DNA of 58,943 bases from positions 1 to 58,943 of the forward strand of contig CAZTES010000002.1 of assembly GCA_964612275.1 (NCBI GenBank), read 5' to 3'. This DNA is from an uncultured Rikenellaceae bacterium (lineage in GTDB: Bacteria; Bacteroidota; Bacteroidia; Bacteroidales; VadinHA17). Positions 18,980 through 28,640 of the stretch are shown piece by piece. The position numbers and the translations under genes are program-made. How positions within the stretch are numbered: position 1 is the stretch's first letter; each line of letters opens with the position of its first letter. The notes under the pieces were generated by a model that worked only from the letters and a program-made list of their open reading frames with translations, was not told the DNA's origin and searched no databases.

Positions 18980-20482
18980 ATGGTCGAGCTGAAGAAATTT
19001 GAAGCCTGGTTTATTACCGGCAGCCAGCATTTATACGGAAAGGAAACCCTTGAAAAGGTTGCCAGTCATTCGAAGGAAATTGTCAAAGCATTTGATGCTT
19101 CGGATAGAATTCCTGTCCGGATCATCTTTAAACCGGTGGTTACCACCCCTGAAGAGATCACCGGATTGTGCATGGAGGCGAACCATGCTTCTAACTGCAT
19201 CGGACTGATTGCCTGGATGCACACATTTTCTCCTGCAAAAATGTGGATTGGCGGATTATCGGCACTGAACAAGCCCTTTGTTCATCTTCATACTCAATTC
19301 AACCGCGATATCCCCTGGGAAGAAATTGACATGGATTTCATGAACCTGAATCAGTCGGCTCATGGGGATCGTGAATTTGGATTCATTGGCAGCCGCATGA
19401 GAATGGAGCGTAAGGTCATTGTGGGTCACTGGCAGGACCCGGAGGTGTTGAATAAACTTGCCGGTTGGTCCCGGGCTGCATCTGGATGGCACGAATCGAA
19501 GAAACTAAAAATAGCCCGATTGGGTGATAACATGCGGGAAGTAGCCGTTACAGAAGGAGATAAAGTAGAGGCGCAGATACGCTTTGGCTGGTCGGTGAAT
19601 GGATATGCTGTGGGTGATCTGGTACAAATTATTGATCAGATTACCGATGCTAAAATTGACCGGATGGTTGAAGAGTATAAATCGGAATACAAGATGAAGG
19701 ATTCCCTGTACAAAGAGGGACAAGAGTACTCATCGCTGAGGGAGGCAGCAAAAATAGAGTTGGGGTTGAGGGGGTTTCTGAAAGAGGGTGGATTCGGGGG
19801 ATTTACGGATACCTTCGAGAACCTGCATGGATTGATTCAGCTACCCGGGTTGGCGGTGCAACGCCTGATGCATGACGGGTACGGTTTTGGCGCGGAAGGG
19901 GATTGGAAAACAGCTGCCATGCTGCGTGTGATGAAGGTGATGTCTGCCGGACTATCCGGAGGAAATTCGTTTATGGAAGATTATACTTACCATCTCGATC
20001 CATCCGGCATGCTTGTCCTTGGTGCACACATGCTTGAAATATGTTTATCCATTGCTGAAGGGCAGCCCACTCTTGAAGTGCATCCCCTCTCCATCGGCGG
20101 CAAGGAAGCTCCCGCCCGCCTGGTGTTCAATGTCCCGGCTGGTCCGGCGATCAATGTCAGTGTGCTGGACATGGGAAGCCGGTTCCGTTTTCTTGTAAAT
20201 GAAGTAGAAGCGGTAAAACCGCCTCAGGATTTGCCAAAACTTCCTACAGCCCGTGTGCTCTGGAATCCAAAACCCGACCTGAAAACTGCAGCCGAAGCAT
20301 GGATACTGGCTGGCGGAGCACACCATACATGTTATAGCCAGAACATCACATCAGAAATGATCCGCGATTTTGCCGAAATGGCCGGGGTGGAGTGTTTGAT
20401 CATTGATGAGGAGACCCGCATTCCTGAATTCAAGAATGCACTGCGGTGGAATGAGGTTTATTATCAGCTGGTTAATAAGTGA
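18980..20482 (+). CDS. araA: L-arabinose isomerase
   Basis: 500 aa with the N-terminus [14 protein letters not shown] typical of AraA. Divergent from araD across a 213-bp gap. Confidence 0.9.
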   Translation: MVELKKFEAWFITGSQHLYGKETLEKVASHSKEIVKAFDASDRIPVRIIFKPVVTTPEEITGLCMEANHASNCIGLIAWMHTFSPAKMWIGGLSALNKPFVHLHTQFNRDIPWEEIDMDFMNLNQSAHGDREFGFIGSRMRMERKVIVGHWQDPEVLNKLAGWSRAASGWHESKKLKIARLGDNMREVAVTEGDKVEAQIRFGWSVNGYAVGDLVQIIDQITDAKIDRMVEEYKSEYKMKDSLYKEGQEYSSLREAAKIELGLRGFLKEGGFGGFTDTFENLHGLIQLPGLAVQRLMHDGYGFGAEGDWKTAAMLRVMKVMSAGLSGGNSFMEDYTYHLDPSGMLVLGAHMLEICLSIAEGQPTLEVHPLSIGGKEAPARLVFNVPAGPAINVSVLDMGSRFRFLVNEVEAVKPPQDLPKLPTARVLWNPKPDLKTAAEAWILAGGAHHTCYSQNITSEMIRDFAEMAGVECLIIDEETRIPEFKNALRWNEVYYQLVNK

Positions 20483-20540
20483 TTAACTTAAAATATAGAA
20501 CCGAGAACTGAGAATTACTTCGTTGCTGGGTGCTCCGTAA

Positions 20541-20622
20541 AAGAGGTGAGTAGTGAGAGGTGAGTGGTGAGAAAATGAAACGAAGTGACTGAGAGACGAA
20601 GAGACTTTGTGACTATGAGACG
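20541..20622. repeat. Purine-rich low-complexity word repeats (gtgag/gagac words)
   Basis: aagaggtgagtagtgagaggtgagtggtgagaaaatgaaacgaagtgactgagagacgaagagactttgtgactatgagacg. It contains gagacgaagaga (20593-20604), the reverse complement of tctcttcgtctc at 27961 and 28543. It also contains the complement of tctcatagtcacaaa (28567-28581). Confidence 0.75.
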
Positions 20623-20719
20623 GTCCCGAAATGAATTAAAGAATCAAATATTCTCACCATTTCGGGATGAGAAATGGGAACTACACCTTAACTATTTTAT
20701 TTTTAATCTTTTGAGAGTT

Positions 20720-20756
20720 GTGCCATAGGCACGCCTACGGCGGATGTTCAACGTTG
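20720..20756. repeat. Partial reverse copy of the CCGCCGTAG...CAACGTT module plus hairpin gtgcc ata ggcac
   Basis: ctacggcggatgttcaacgttg (20735-20756) is the near reverse complement of caacgttcaacagccgccgtag at 6502-6523. gtgccataggcac lies at 20720-20732. Confidence 0.65.
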
Positions 20757-20812
20757 GCTGTAACTATCTCTCCTGATTCCGTACCGATCCTTTTCGTCAA
20801 TCGATTGAGATC

Positions 20813-21733
20813 CTATGCTTTAATGCTTGAAATGCCTTCCAGCGCCAGCATGAGTGCCTGTGTTCCTTTTTTCCCCAGACCTTTCGCTTTCACTGATATA
20901 TAAAGCTGATGGACCAGCGACAATCCGGGCAGGACGAGGTTCATTCTCTTTGCTTCATCCAGTACAATACCCATATCCTTGATAAAATGATCCACGAAAA
21001 ATCCCGGTTCGAAGTTCCGTTTCAGGATTCTTGGGGCCAGGTTATCGAGTGTCCAGCAGGCAGCCGCTCCCTTGCTGATGGAGGCAAGCATTCGTTCCGG
21101 ATCAAGGCCTGCTTTCATTCCGTACAGCAGGCTTTCACAGACTCCGATCATGGAGCTTGCCACTACGATCTGATTGCTCATTTTGGTATGTTGCCCCGCA
21201 CCAGCCTGCCCCTGGTAGTTCACCTTGTCTCCCATTAAATCCAGCAGAGGCTTTGCTGTATTGAAAACCGCCTCGTCTCCACCGACCATGATAGAAAGGG
21301 TTGCATTTTTTGCCCCGACATCTCCACCGGAAACCGGGGCATCCAGTGAATAAGCACCCTTATCCTTTGCTGTTTCATAAATCCTAATGGCTAACGAAGG
21401 ACTGGTTGTTGTCATATCGATCAGAAGCTGACCGGTTCTAACACCTTTTAAAATTCCCTGATCGCCAAAATAGACCTCTTCCACATCGGAAGGATAACCG
21501 ACCATGGTTATAATGATATCCGATTTTGATGCTACCTGTTGCGGACTATCCAGCCATTCAACACCGGCATCGATCAATGGCTGTGCCTTTGTCCTGGTTC
21601 GTGTAAAAACAACACCCCTGTATCCGGCATTGATAATGTGTCCAAACATGGAAGCACCCATGACTCCGGTACCGATCCATCCAATCGCAGACTCCTTTGT
21701 AATTTGTATCCTGTTCCTCATTACTGAATCCAT
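20813..21733 (-). CDS. NAD(P)-dependent beta-hydroxyacid dehydrogenase (3-hydroxyisobutyrate dehydrogenase/GarR/YihU-like family)
   Basis: 306 aa with an N-terminal Rossmann motif IGWIGTGVMGASMFGHI and a C-terminal all-helical domain typical of HIBADH-family enzymes. The start codon lies 1 nt after the stop of the upstream symporter. Confidence 0.8.
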   Translation of the reverse strand: MDSVMRNRIQITKESAIGWIGTGVMGASMFGHIINAGYRGVVFTRTRTKAQPLIDAGVEWLDSPQQVASKSDIIITMVGYPSDVEEVYFGDQGILKGVRTGQLLIDMTTTSPSLAIRIYETAKDKGAYSLDAPVSGGDVGAKNATLSIMVGGDEAVFNTAKPLLDLMGDKVNYQGQAGAGQHTKMSNQIVVASSMIGVCESLLYGMKAGLDPERMLASISKGAAACWTLDNLAPRILKRNFEPGFFVDHFIKDMGIVLDEAKRMNLVLPGLSLVHQLYISVKAKGLGKKGTQALMLALEGISSIKA

Positions 21734-21734
21734 T

Positions 21735-23396
21735 TTATTTAAAGAAATAGATATAAAAGGCTATGATAATGACAATAACGATGACTGAATTGATCAAATC
21801 CCAATTGCTCCAGCCAGCCCGTGTGGCAGCTCTCTGCTCCGGTGTGGCAGAAAAGTATGTTAATCCTACGAGTTTCTCTTCACTGGCTCTTTCAGTAAAA
21901 AAGCTCACCGCCCAAATGATCATCAGGCAAATGCCAAAGAGTAGAATTTCATAATGCAACCAGTTGGGTTTAACCCATATAGCATGGTACCAGGTTCCTT
22001 CTGGAACCGAATCGGCAAATACATTGAATACAAGCCGGATCATTCCCAGAACAAATCCTGTTGCGAGTGCTGCAAATCCGGCTTTTGGTGTCGCTCTTTT
22101 CCAGAAAACACCCAGCAGAAAGACGGATGCGATGCCGGGGGCCAGGAGCGATTGCACATCCTGCAGGTACTCATAAAGCACCTTGCCAATGCCTTTCATT
22201 ACGGGGATCCAGGCAACGCCCAGAACGACGATGACAACGGTAGCTATACGGCCAACAAATACCAGGTGCTTTTCGGAAACGTCCGGTCTGAATTTCTTGT
22301 AAAAATCAACGGTAAACAGTGCAGCCGAGGAATTAAACAGGGATGCCAGGGAGCTCATTAATGCAGCCAGAAGGCCGCCCACCACTACTCCTTTCAAACC
22401 GATCGGAAGCAGTTCAGATACCAGGAGGGGAAATGCAGAATCCGAATCTGTCAGATCGAGCATTCCTTTCTCATTCAGGGCAAATGCAATCAATCCGGGG
22501 AACAGAAAAATAAATACCGGCAGGAGTTTCAGGTAGGCTCCAAAAATGGCTCCCCGGCGTGATTGTGTCTGGTTTCTTCCTGAGAGAACCCGTTGAACGA
22601 TATATTGATCGGTACACCAGTACCAGAACCCGATAATGGCTGACCCCAGAATAACACCGGTCCATGGAAATTCAGGATCTTTGGGGGATCGCATCAGGCT
22701 CATCATCGAGTCTCCATGTTCCGTAAGTTTTGCACCGCATATGGCCTGCAGTTCACTCCAGCCACCAACTTTCACCAGGCCGATAATCACAATGGTTATG
22801 GATCCGATCAACAGGATGGGGGTTTGAAGGATCGATGTATACAATACGGATTTCATCCCCCCTATGACCGTATAAATTCCCGTTATTACAACCAGTCCGA
22901 TGGCTCCGAACCAGAAGAAATCGATCCCCCAGATGCTCTCAATCCCGAAGACCTCCTTGAAAACCACACCACCGGCATAGACAGTCACCGCCACCTTGGT
23001 CAGGACATAGGACACCAGGGAGATGATGGATAACAGGGAACGGGAGGCTGAATTATACCGACGTTCAAGAAACTCCGGCATCGTAAATACACCACTCCGT
23101 TCATAAAAGGGAACAAACAGCCAGCCAAGTACAAGGATCATCCAGCCGTGCATTTCCCAGTGTGCCATTGCCATTCCACTGGAAGCCCCTGCCCCGGCAA
23201 GACCCACCAGGTGCTCCGATCCAATGTTTGATGCAAAAATGGATGCCCCGATGGCCAGCCAGGTAGCATCCCGTCCTGCCAGAAAGTAATCCGATGAAGT
23301 GTCTTCCTTCATCCGGCTTACCCAGACAATGATTCCTACCAGACCCAGGCCAAAAAGGCCCAGAACAATCCAATCAAGCGCATGAAAACCTTCCAT
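21735..23396 (-). CDS. Sodium:solute symporter (SSF/SGLT family)
   Basis: 553 aa, about 14 TM segments. N-terminal DYFLAGRDATWLAIGASIFASNIGSEHLVG is typical of SGLT-type sugar symporters. Confidence 0.85.
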   Translation of the reverse strand: MEGFHALDWIVLGLFGLGLVGIIVWVSRMKEDTSSDYFLAGRDATWLAIGASIFASNIGSEHLVGLAGAGASSGMAMAHWEMHGWMILVLGWLFVPFYERSGVFTMPEFLERRYNSASRSLLSIISLVSYVLTKVAVTVYAGGVVFKEVFGIESIWGIDFFWFGAIGLVVITGIYTVIGGMKSVLYTSILQTPILLIGSITIVIIGLVKVGGWSELQAICGAKLTEHGDSMMSLMRSPKDPEFPWTGVILGSAIIGFWYWCTDQYIVQRVLSGRNQTQSRRGAIFGAYLKLLPVFIFLFPGLIAFALNEKGMLDLTDSDSAFPLLVSELLPIGLKGVVVGGLLAALMSSLASLFNSSAALFTVDFYKKFRPDVSEKHLVFVGRIATVVIVVLGVAWIPVMKGIGKVLYEYLQDVQSLLAPGIASVFLLGVFWKRATPKAGFAALATGFVLGMIRLVFNVFADSVPEGTWYHAIWVKPNWLHYEILLFGICLMIIWAVSFFTERASEEKLVGLTYFSATPEQRAATRAGWSNWDLINSVIVIVIIIAFYIYFFK

Positions 23397-23515
23397 AGTA
23401 AATTGAATTTAGCTGTCCCTGAAAATTATTAAACAAATGGTAATAATCCACCAAACATTGATTTTTCATTAGTTCATCTATTATCCTATAAATTTAATGC
23501 TAAATTTCAGACTGG

Positions 23516-26500
23516 CTAATGATTATATAAAATCCTATTTATCAAACAGTTATTTATTGTTTCCACCTTTATCAAATAGACTCCGGGAGAGACTCTGTTT
23601 CCATTTGAAGTAGTTGCATCCCAATTCCATTCATGAACTCCATCGGCCAGGTTTCCTTCAAACAGAACAGAGATGGTTTTGCCTGTCATATCATGAATGG
23701 TAATCCTTATCTCATCCTGTTGTTCCAGGTGGATCTGTATTGTCGTAGAAATATTGAACGGATTAGGATAAATCTGCAGACCAATTTCATTCATTCCTGA
23801 ACGTTCATGTTCCTGAATAGAGAGGGGCGACCAGGATTCGTTGATTGCTCCGGGTGTCCCATGGGTATTTGAATCATACCAGTTTTCAGGCAGGGAATTA
23901 TCCAGGGCAGGATTGATCAGTTCCAGAGTAGGACCTGTTCCATTCGGTTCCGGAGGCCAGGGGGAACTGACTCCGTAGCAGACGGAATCGACCAGGTGAA
24001 GGCTATAGTCATACAGCCTTATGCAATCGCCGTAACTGCTCAGCCCAAAATCGAAATCACCCAAATGATTTGCCACGGATGGGTTCAGCGTGGAAAAAGC
24101 GGTATCATCTCTACAGACCACCAGGTAATCATCTGCCCCGATATGTGCATTCGAAGGAAAGATGAACTGGTGTTCGTCATCCGAATCTTTCACGATCCAA
24201 CCGGTGAGGTCTCTTGCCGTATCACCTCTGTTATAAATCTCGATCCAGTCACCGGTATCAAAATAACCGGGTGAATTATAATTGATCTCATTGATGACGA
24301 TGTATTGCAGTCCACTGCCATCCGGTTCAAAATTTGCCGTGATCTGCTGATCGGTTGAAACATCCAGAATGAGTGGATTTTCGGCGGATTGATAAGATCC
24401 TGTCCAGCCGGTGAAACGGTATCCGGGTTCAGGAACAGGGATTAATGTAACGGGGACATGATCAAAGTATATACCCCTCCATGAGTAACGTTCAGGAAGA
24501 ATGGTATTCAGCTTAATCTTACCTGAACAGGCTGGATTAACACCAAGATCCAGGGCAAATGTTCCATTTAAATTGAATTGATTCCGTATAAAATTCCGGA
24601 GATAATTGACCCTGTTCCGTCCAAAATTGATCATGACCTGGATTTCGTTCTCCCAGTTGCTGTAATCCCCGCCCCATCGGTCCAGGTGATCGTGCATTTC
24701 TGTTTCAATATTCTTTTTCAGTTTCAGGATATGATTCTGCACATTGTCCGGAAGGAAGGTTGTATTGAGGTGATCAGCAAAGCAGTTAATAAAATCTATT
24801 TTGAACCGGCTATTTTCCATTAATTTTCTTAGCAGGAAAGTGGACCAGGGAGGGTTTGGCCATTCCGGTCCGTTGGTTGCAAGGGCATAGGCAAGGGTAT
24901 TGAATGTATATTTAAATGGATTCCAGATACCAAATCCAAAATCTGTATCGAACATGATCCAGCGCCAGCGTCCCGTTTCTGAATGTGGACGCCAGAATTT
25001 GATATTGTTCCCGGGCCAGTCGCGGTTATCAAAATAGATCTGGCTGATCTGATACTTGATGAAATTTTCAGTTTCCATCATCGATTCTACAACGTTCAGG
25101 TTTTGATCCAGCTGCATATTGTTGTTATCGATAAAATTAAGCATGGAAAAATAATGATCAGCGCTTCCGTGTATTTCCCAACCGTTCCCCTCCAGCATAT
25201 CTATACTGTCCGGATGGACACCATGATTTGAAGCGATAAAGTGTTCATTCACTTTTTCACGGATATTCAGGATCCCCCAGTATTCACCGTTCAAGTATAT
25301 TTCGGCCGGCCTATAAGCCTGCAGGTCAATATCCATTCTGTTCACCAAACTGGTCATCATCCCATCCCTCATCATGGAATAGTTCCAGTCATTTCCTGAA
25401 TTTCTAAGAACGATCGCTTCGAACTGATCGATATCTTTTTCATCGAAGATCCTGTAATCGATGTTTCCATAGCCGTATTTGCTCCTGGCAAACAGGGATA
25501 GGGATTTCTGCGGTAAGCCACGACTCCACCCCCCGAATATCTTCATCCCTGCGTCAATTGAGAAGGCTTTATCCCCATCCTGTTCGAACAGCTCGATGTG
25601 GACCGGCCTTTCCCAATCCTGCCAGAAGTTAGCACCAAAATGGGGGAAATCCTGGGAAGCATTGGGTCCCATTACATAGATCCCGTCGTAGTAGTCCCAG
25701 AGGTTTTCAGGGGAGGTGGTCAGGGAAATTACGGGCAATGAGTTCTGGATATTAACCAGGTAGGTGTGGGATACCACCTGTCCCGGAATTTTTCCTTGTT
25801 CCAGGATCCTTGCCCTGATGACAGTTGTTGAGTGTATTGATATTCCATCGGTATATTTCTCCGAAAAGATGGTTGGTTCGCTCCCATCGGTGGTAAAATA
25901 TATGGTATCGTCGGTTTCCTGCCCGGTCAGGTAGAGAATAAATGATGTGGTAAAGAGCCCTCCGGGGGAAGAAAAATAAGGTTCCCCGGCAATTGAAGCG
26001 TACGTTTTTGTCAGGTTGGGTTCTCCAGGAGTAGCATCCTTAAAATAGAACAGGTTTCCAGATCCGTCGGGGTATCTCCCAATGGACAGGTCCGTATACA
26101 TCCGTTCAAAGGCAATGCTGTCAACGATTATCTCCGATGGGTCATACAGAAAAACGGTCTCTCCTTCAGCATCCAGTTTAAAATTCGTATGCAATAATGG
26201 GGAATTTATCTTCAGGATCGGAGGTACCGGGTGATCAGCTCCGGGATTGATGTTTGATCCGACACTCAGGAATGGGATGGCTGTCAGATCTGACGAGCCG
26301 GTGCTGTGGTTATGCACCTGGATGGCAAGCACGTTTTCCCCCTCCCTGATCAGGTTGTGCAGGGAATCGATGCGGAATGATTCCGGCGGTAATCCACGGT
26401 AAATCAGTGCTTCGTGGTTATAATTATTCGCTCCCTGATCGAATGCAGGAGGGATTCCCGGAATGCCTATGTTCCCCCGCGCGATTTCCTCTCCATTCAG

Positions 26501-27091
26501 ATACGCTACAAAACTGTCATCATAATCCATATGGAGAATGGCATCTTTCAGCTGGCTTGTATCATCGACCAGAAATTTTTTTCGGATATAGACAGACATG
26601 GTTATGTCTATCAGTGTTGAGTCATCATTATCTCCGTACCCGAATCCACTTTTTCCTGAATCCCAGTCCTGGTCATTGAAAGCAAGAGTATTCCAATCGG
26701 TTGAGGGTTCCTGGGTTGGAACAAGGTATTTCCATTCATCACCCCTGTTAATGATGGTTTGCCAGTACAGCGGAGGTTCAGTTCTGTTTTTCCCGGAAGC
26801 AAAGACTACAAGAAAATCATCGGGATCCAATATCACTTCCGGGAGTCTCCATTTCGGGAAGGTTGAATCGATATCCGACAGGCCATAATTTGTCAGCTGT
26901 ACCGGATCTGTCCCGCTATTGTACAGTTCAATCCAGTCTGTAAAATCCCCATCCTCATCCAAAATCGTTACCGAATTGGCAGGCATTACTTCATTGATCA
27001 CAATCCCCTGGGCGGATGAACCGGTGGTAAAGGTATACCATATGATCAGAGTCATGATCCAACAAACGCTTTTCCCCTGCTGCAATGCCAT
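23516..27091 (-). CDS. Secreted multidomain CotH-kinase-fold protein with two lamin-tail domains, CHB_HEX_C-like domain and T9SS C-terminal sorting domain
   Basis: 1191 aa with a signal peptide. LTD-like segments are IVINEVMPANS...DWIELYNSG and YIVINEINYNS...DWIEIYNRG. FSSPGGLF...IYFTTDGSEPT resembles a chitobiase C-terminal-like domain. The central region is CotH-like. The tail LQIYPNPFNISTTIQIHL...GVYLIKVE fits a T9SS CTD. Confidence 0.7.
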   Translation of the reverse strand: MALQQGKSVCWIMTLIIWYTFTTGSSAQGIVINEVMPANSVTILDEDGDFTDWIELYNSGTDPVQLTNYGLSDIDSTFPKWRLPEVILDPDDFLVVFASGKNRTEPPLYWQTIINRGDEWKYLVPTQEPSTDWNTLAFNDQDWDSGKSGFGYGDNDDSTLIDITMSVYIRKKFLVDDTSQLKDAILHMDYDDSFVAYLNGEEIARGNIGIPGIPPAFDQGANNYNHEALIYRGLPPESFRIDSLHNLIREGENVLAIQVHNHSTGSSDLTAIPFLSVGSNINPGADHPVPPILKINSPLLHTNFKLDAEGETVFLYDPSEIIVDSIAFERMYTDLSIGRYPDGSGNLFYFKDATPGEPNLTKTYASIAGEPYFSSPGGLFTTSFILYLTGQETDDTIYFTTDGSEPTIFSEKYTDGISIHSTTVIRARILEQGKIPGQVVSHTYLVNIQNSLPVISLTTSPENLWDYYDGIYVMGPNASQDFPHFGANFWQDWERPVHIELFEQDGDKAFSIDAGMKIFGGWSRGLPQKSLSLFARSKYGYGNIDYRIFDEKDIDQFEAIVLRNSGNDWNYSMMRDGMMTSLVNRMDIDLQAYRPAEIYLNGEYWGILNIREKVNEHFIASNHGVHPDSIDMLEGNGWEIHGSADHYFSMLNFIDNNNMQLDQNLNVVESMMETENFIKYQISQIYFDNRDWPGNNIKFWRPHSETGRWRWIMFDTDFGFGIWNPFKYTFNTLAYALATNGPEWPNPPWSTFLLRKLMENSRFKIDFINCFADHLNTTFLPDNVQNHILKLKKNIETEMHDHLDRWGGDYSNWENEIQVMINFGRNRVNYLRNFIRNQFNLNGTFALDLGVNPACSGKIKLNTILPERYSWRGIYFDHVPVTLIPVPEPGYRFTGWTGSYQSAENPLILDVSTDQQITANFEPDGSGLQYIVINEINYNSPGYFDTGDWIEIYNRGDTARDLTGWIVKDSDDEHQFIFPSNAHIGADDYLVVCRDDTAFSTLNPSVANHLGDFDFGLSSYGDCIRLYDYSLHLVDSVCYGVSSPWPPEPNGTGPTLELINPALDNSLPENWYDSNTHGTPGAINESWSPLSIQEHERSGMNEIGLQIYPNPFNISTTIQIHLEQQDEIRITIHDMTGKTISVLFEGNLADGVHEWNWDATTSNGNRVSPGVYLIKVETINNCLINRILYNH

Positions 27092-27116
27092 AACATTGAA
27101 TTTGCCCGGGGTTCGG

Positions 27117-27779
27117 TCAGAGCGAGTTCAAATATTCCACTGCTCCCTGCGGGTCGGGGGAGTAAAAATCCGCCCCGATCTTCCTGCAATAATCGATGGT
27201 CAGGGGAGCGCCCCCGACCAGGATCTTTGTTTCCGGGTATTTTTCTTTTATCTCTTTTACTGCACCTTCCATGTTCACCATGGTGGTGGTAAGCAAGGCG
27301 GACATACCCACGGAAGCACCGTGATGTTTCTCCAGTTGTTCCATGATCCGGTCAACACCAACATCCACACCCAGATCAATCACTTCCCATCCATTTCCCT
27401 CAACCATCATGGCTAACAGGTTTTTTCCGATATCGTGCAGATCTCCCTTAACTGTTCCAACCAAGAATACTCCTTTACGTTTTACATCACCAGCCATAAA
27501 AAAAGGTTTGAGGTGCTCCATGGCAGTCGTCATTGCCTTTGCCGACATCAGCAATTGTGGAACAAACACCTTATTTTCAGCAAACTTTTTACCCACCCGT
27601 TCCATGCCCACTTCAAATGCCTTGGAGAGCAGATCCTGGGGAGGTATTCCTTCCTGCAATGCTTGCACAGTCAGTTCATCCGCTCCATCTTCCCCTTTCA
27701 TCCCGGGGGGATAGGGTGACACTTTATTGATCTTGCCATGTTCCACACAATAGGCTAAACGTTCGATAAGGTTGCTCAT
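27117..27779 (-). CDS. Corrinoid (cobalamin-binding) protein, MtaC/MtbC-like: B12-binding cap + Rossmann B12-binding domain
   Basis: 220 aa. Carries the canonical base-off/His-on signature DxHxxG...SxL...GG, seen as GDLHDIGKN, MSALLTTT and LVGGAP. No signal peptide. Confidence 0.8.
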   Translation of the reverse strand: MSNLIERLAYCVEHGKINKVSPYPPGMKGEDGADELTVQALQEGIPPQDLLSKAFEVGMERVGKKFAENKVFVPQLLMSAKAMTTAMEHLKPFFMAGDVKRKGVFLVGTVKGDLHDIGKNLLAMMVEGNGWEVIDLGVDVGVDRIMEQLEKHHGASVGMSALLTTTMVNMEGAVKEIKEKYPETKILVGGAPLTIDYCRKIGADFYSPDPQGAVEYLNSL

Positions 27780-27935
27780 GATGTGTTGTAGTTTGGTGCT
27801 ATATAAATTTGGTTTCTTACAGAATCAAAAATAGAATTTTATTTCATCTATCTCAAAATATTTTGAACACTGGTTCCGCACCTGCGGAGCGGGGTTTTGT
27901 GTAGTCATTTTTGCGGACCTGTTCAACCGCCCCCA

Positions 27936-28640
27936 ATCTCTTAGGCTCTAAGTCTCCTCCTCTCTTCGTCTCAATGCCTGGTGCTTTTATTCGCCTCCCA
28001 CATGCGTTCACACATACCTGGCTCATGAGACCGCGAATAAATTCGCTAAGTTCGGTCCAGGGAAGGCTTTCCCGAAAAATTACCAGGCAGTTGGGCCGTT
28101 GTATCGGCGTAACCCTGGGCTAAAGACATGTCGCCCCGCTGGGGCTAATTCATTTATCCTAACAAAATACTCCCTTGTCCTCCCTTCTAATTCCCTGCAA
28201 CTTTTAACCTCTGTATGCCGACCAGGCAGGTGTATCTCGTAACTCCTATCTCACTAATCATTTCTTTTCCCAGGACCCAGGACCGAGGACCCAGCAACTA
28301 TTTCTACTCACAACTCACCCTTGTCCGCCGTAGTTTTCTTGACCTCTGTAGTTCTAACGAAAGAGGTAACGAAGGCGGATCTCACTACTCATCTCTTTTC
28401 CCAGTCCCCCCGCCCGAACGACTGTGTCCTTCAGTTGGGCAGGAAGTACCTAATTTGCTGCCTACTGCGTATCCCGAAAAACCATCCCATTGGGAATAGT
28501 TTTTCAAGGAGGACTTAATCAAACCATCTCTCCGTCTCTAGGTCTCTTCGTCTCAAAGTCTCCCCTTCTCATAGTCACAAACTCTCCCCTCTCACAGTCT
28601 CAAAGTCACAACGTCTTCCAATCACCTTCAACCATCATCC
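27936..28640. repeat. Mosaic of pyrimidine-rich word repeats and hairpin modules in an 862-bp non-coding gap
   Basis: tctcttcgtctc occurs at 27961-27972 and 28543-28554. A 26-bp direct repeat atctcacta[a/c]tcat[t/c]tcttttcccag lies at 28248-28273 and 28379-28404. cccaggacccaggaccgaggaccc starts at about 28269. The CT-rich tract 28524-28619 ends in catcatccttcatc. Confidence 0.75.
28324..28379. repeat. CCGCCGTAG...GGCGGATC hairpin module, copy 2 (inner stem covaries with copy at 6515-6569)
   Basis: tccgcc (28324-28329) pairs with ggcgga (28374-28379). The inner stem is acctct (28342-28347) / agaggt (28362-28367). Both copies share the flanks ccgccgtagt.ttctt and acg.aggcggatc. Confidence 0.7.

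Noticed and set aside
28190-28260. Possible cobalamin riboswitch upstream of the corrinoid-protein gene
   Set aside because: On the minus strand only a partial B12-box-like string was found (gatacacctgcc; ACCTGCC at 28225-28231). No GCCACTG element or the surrounding conserved helices could be found by eye in 27780-28641. A covariance-model scan (Rfam RF00174) would be decisive.
27936-28640. CRISPR array as an explanation for the repeated words (also considered for 20541-20622 and 55881-55985)
   Set aside because: The repeats are short (12-26 nt), irregularly spaced, imperfect and not separated by unique spacers of constant length. No cas genes are present in the window.
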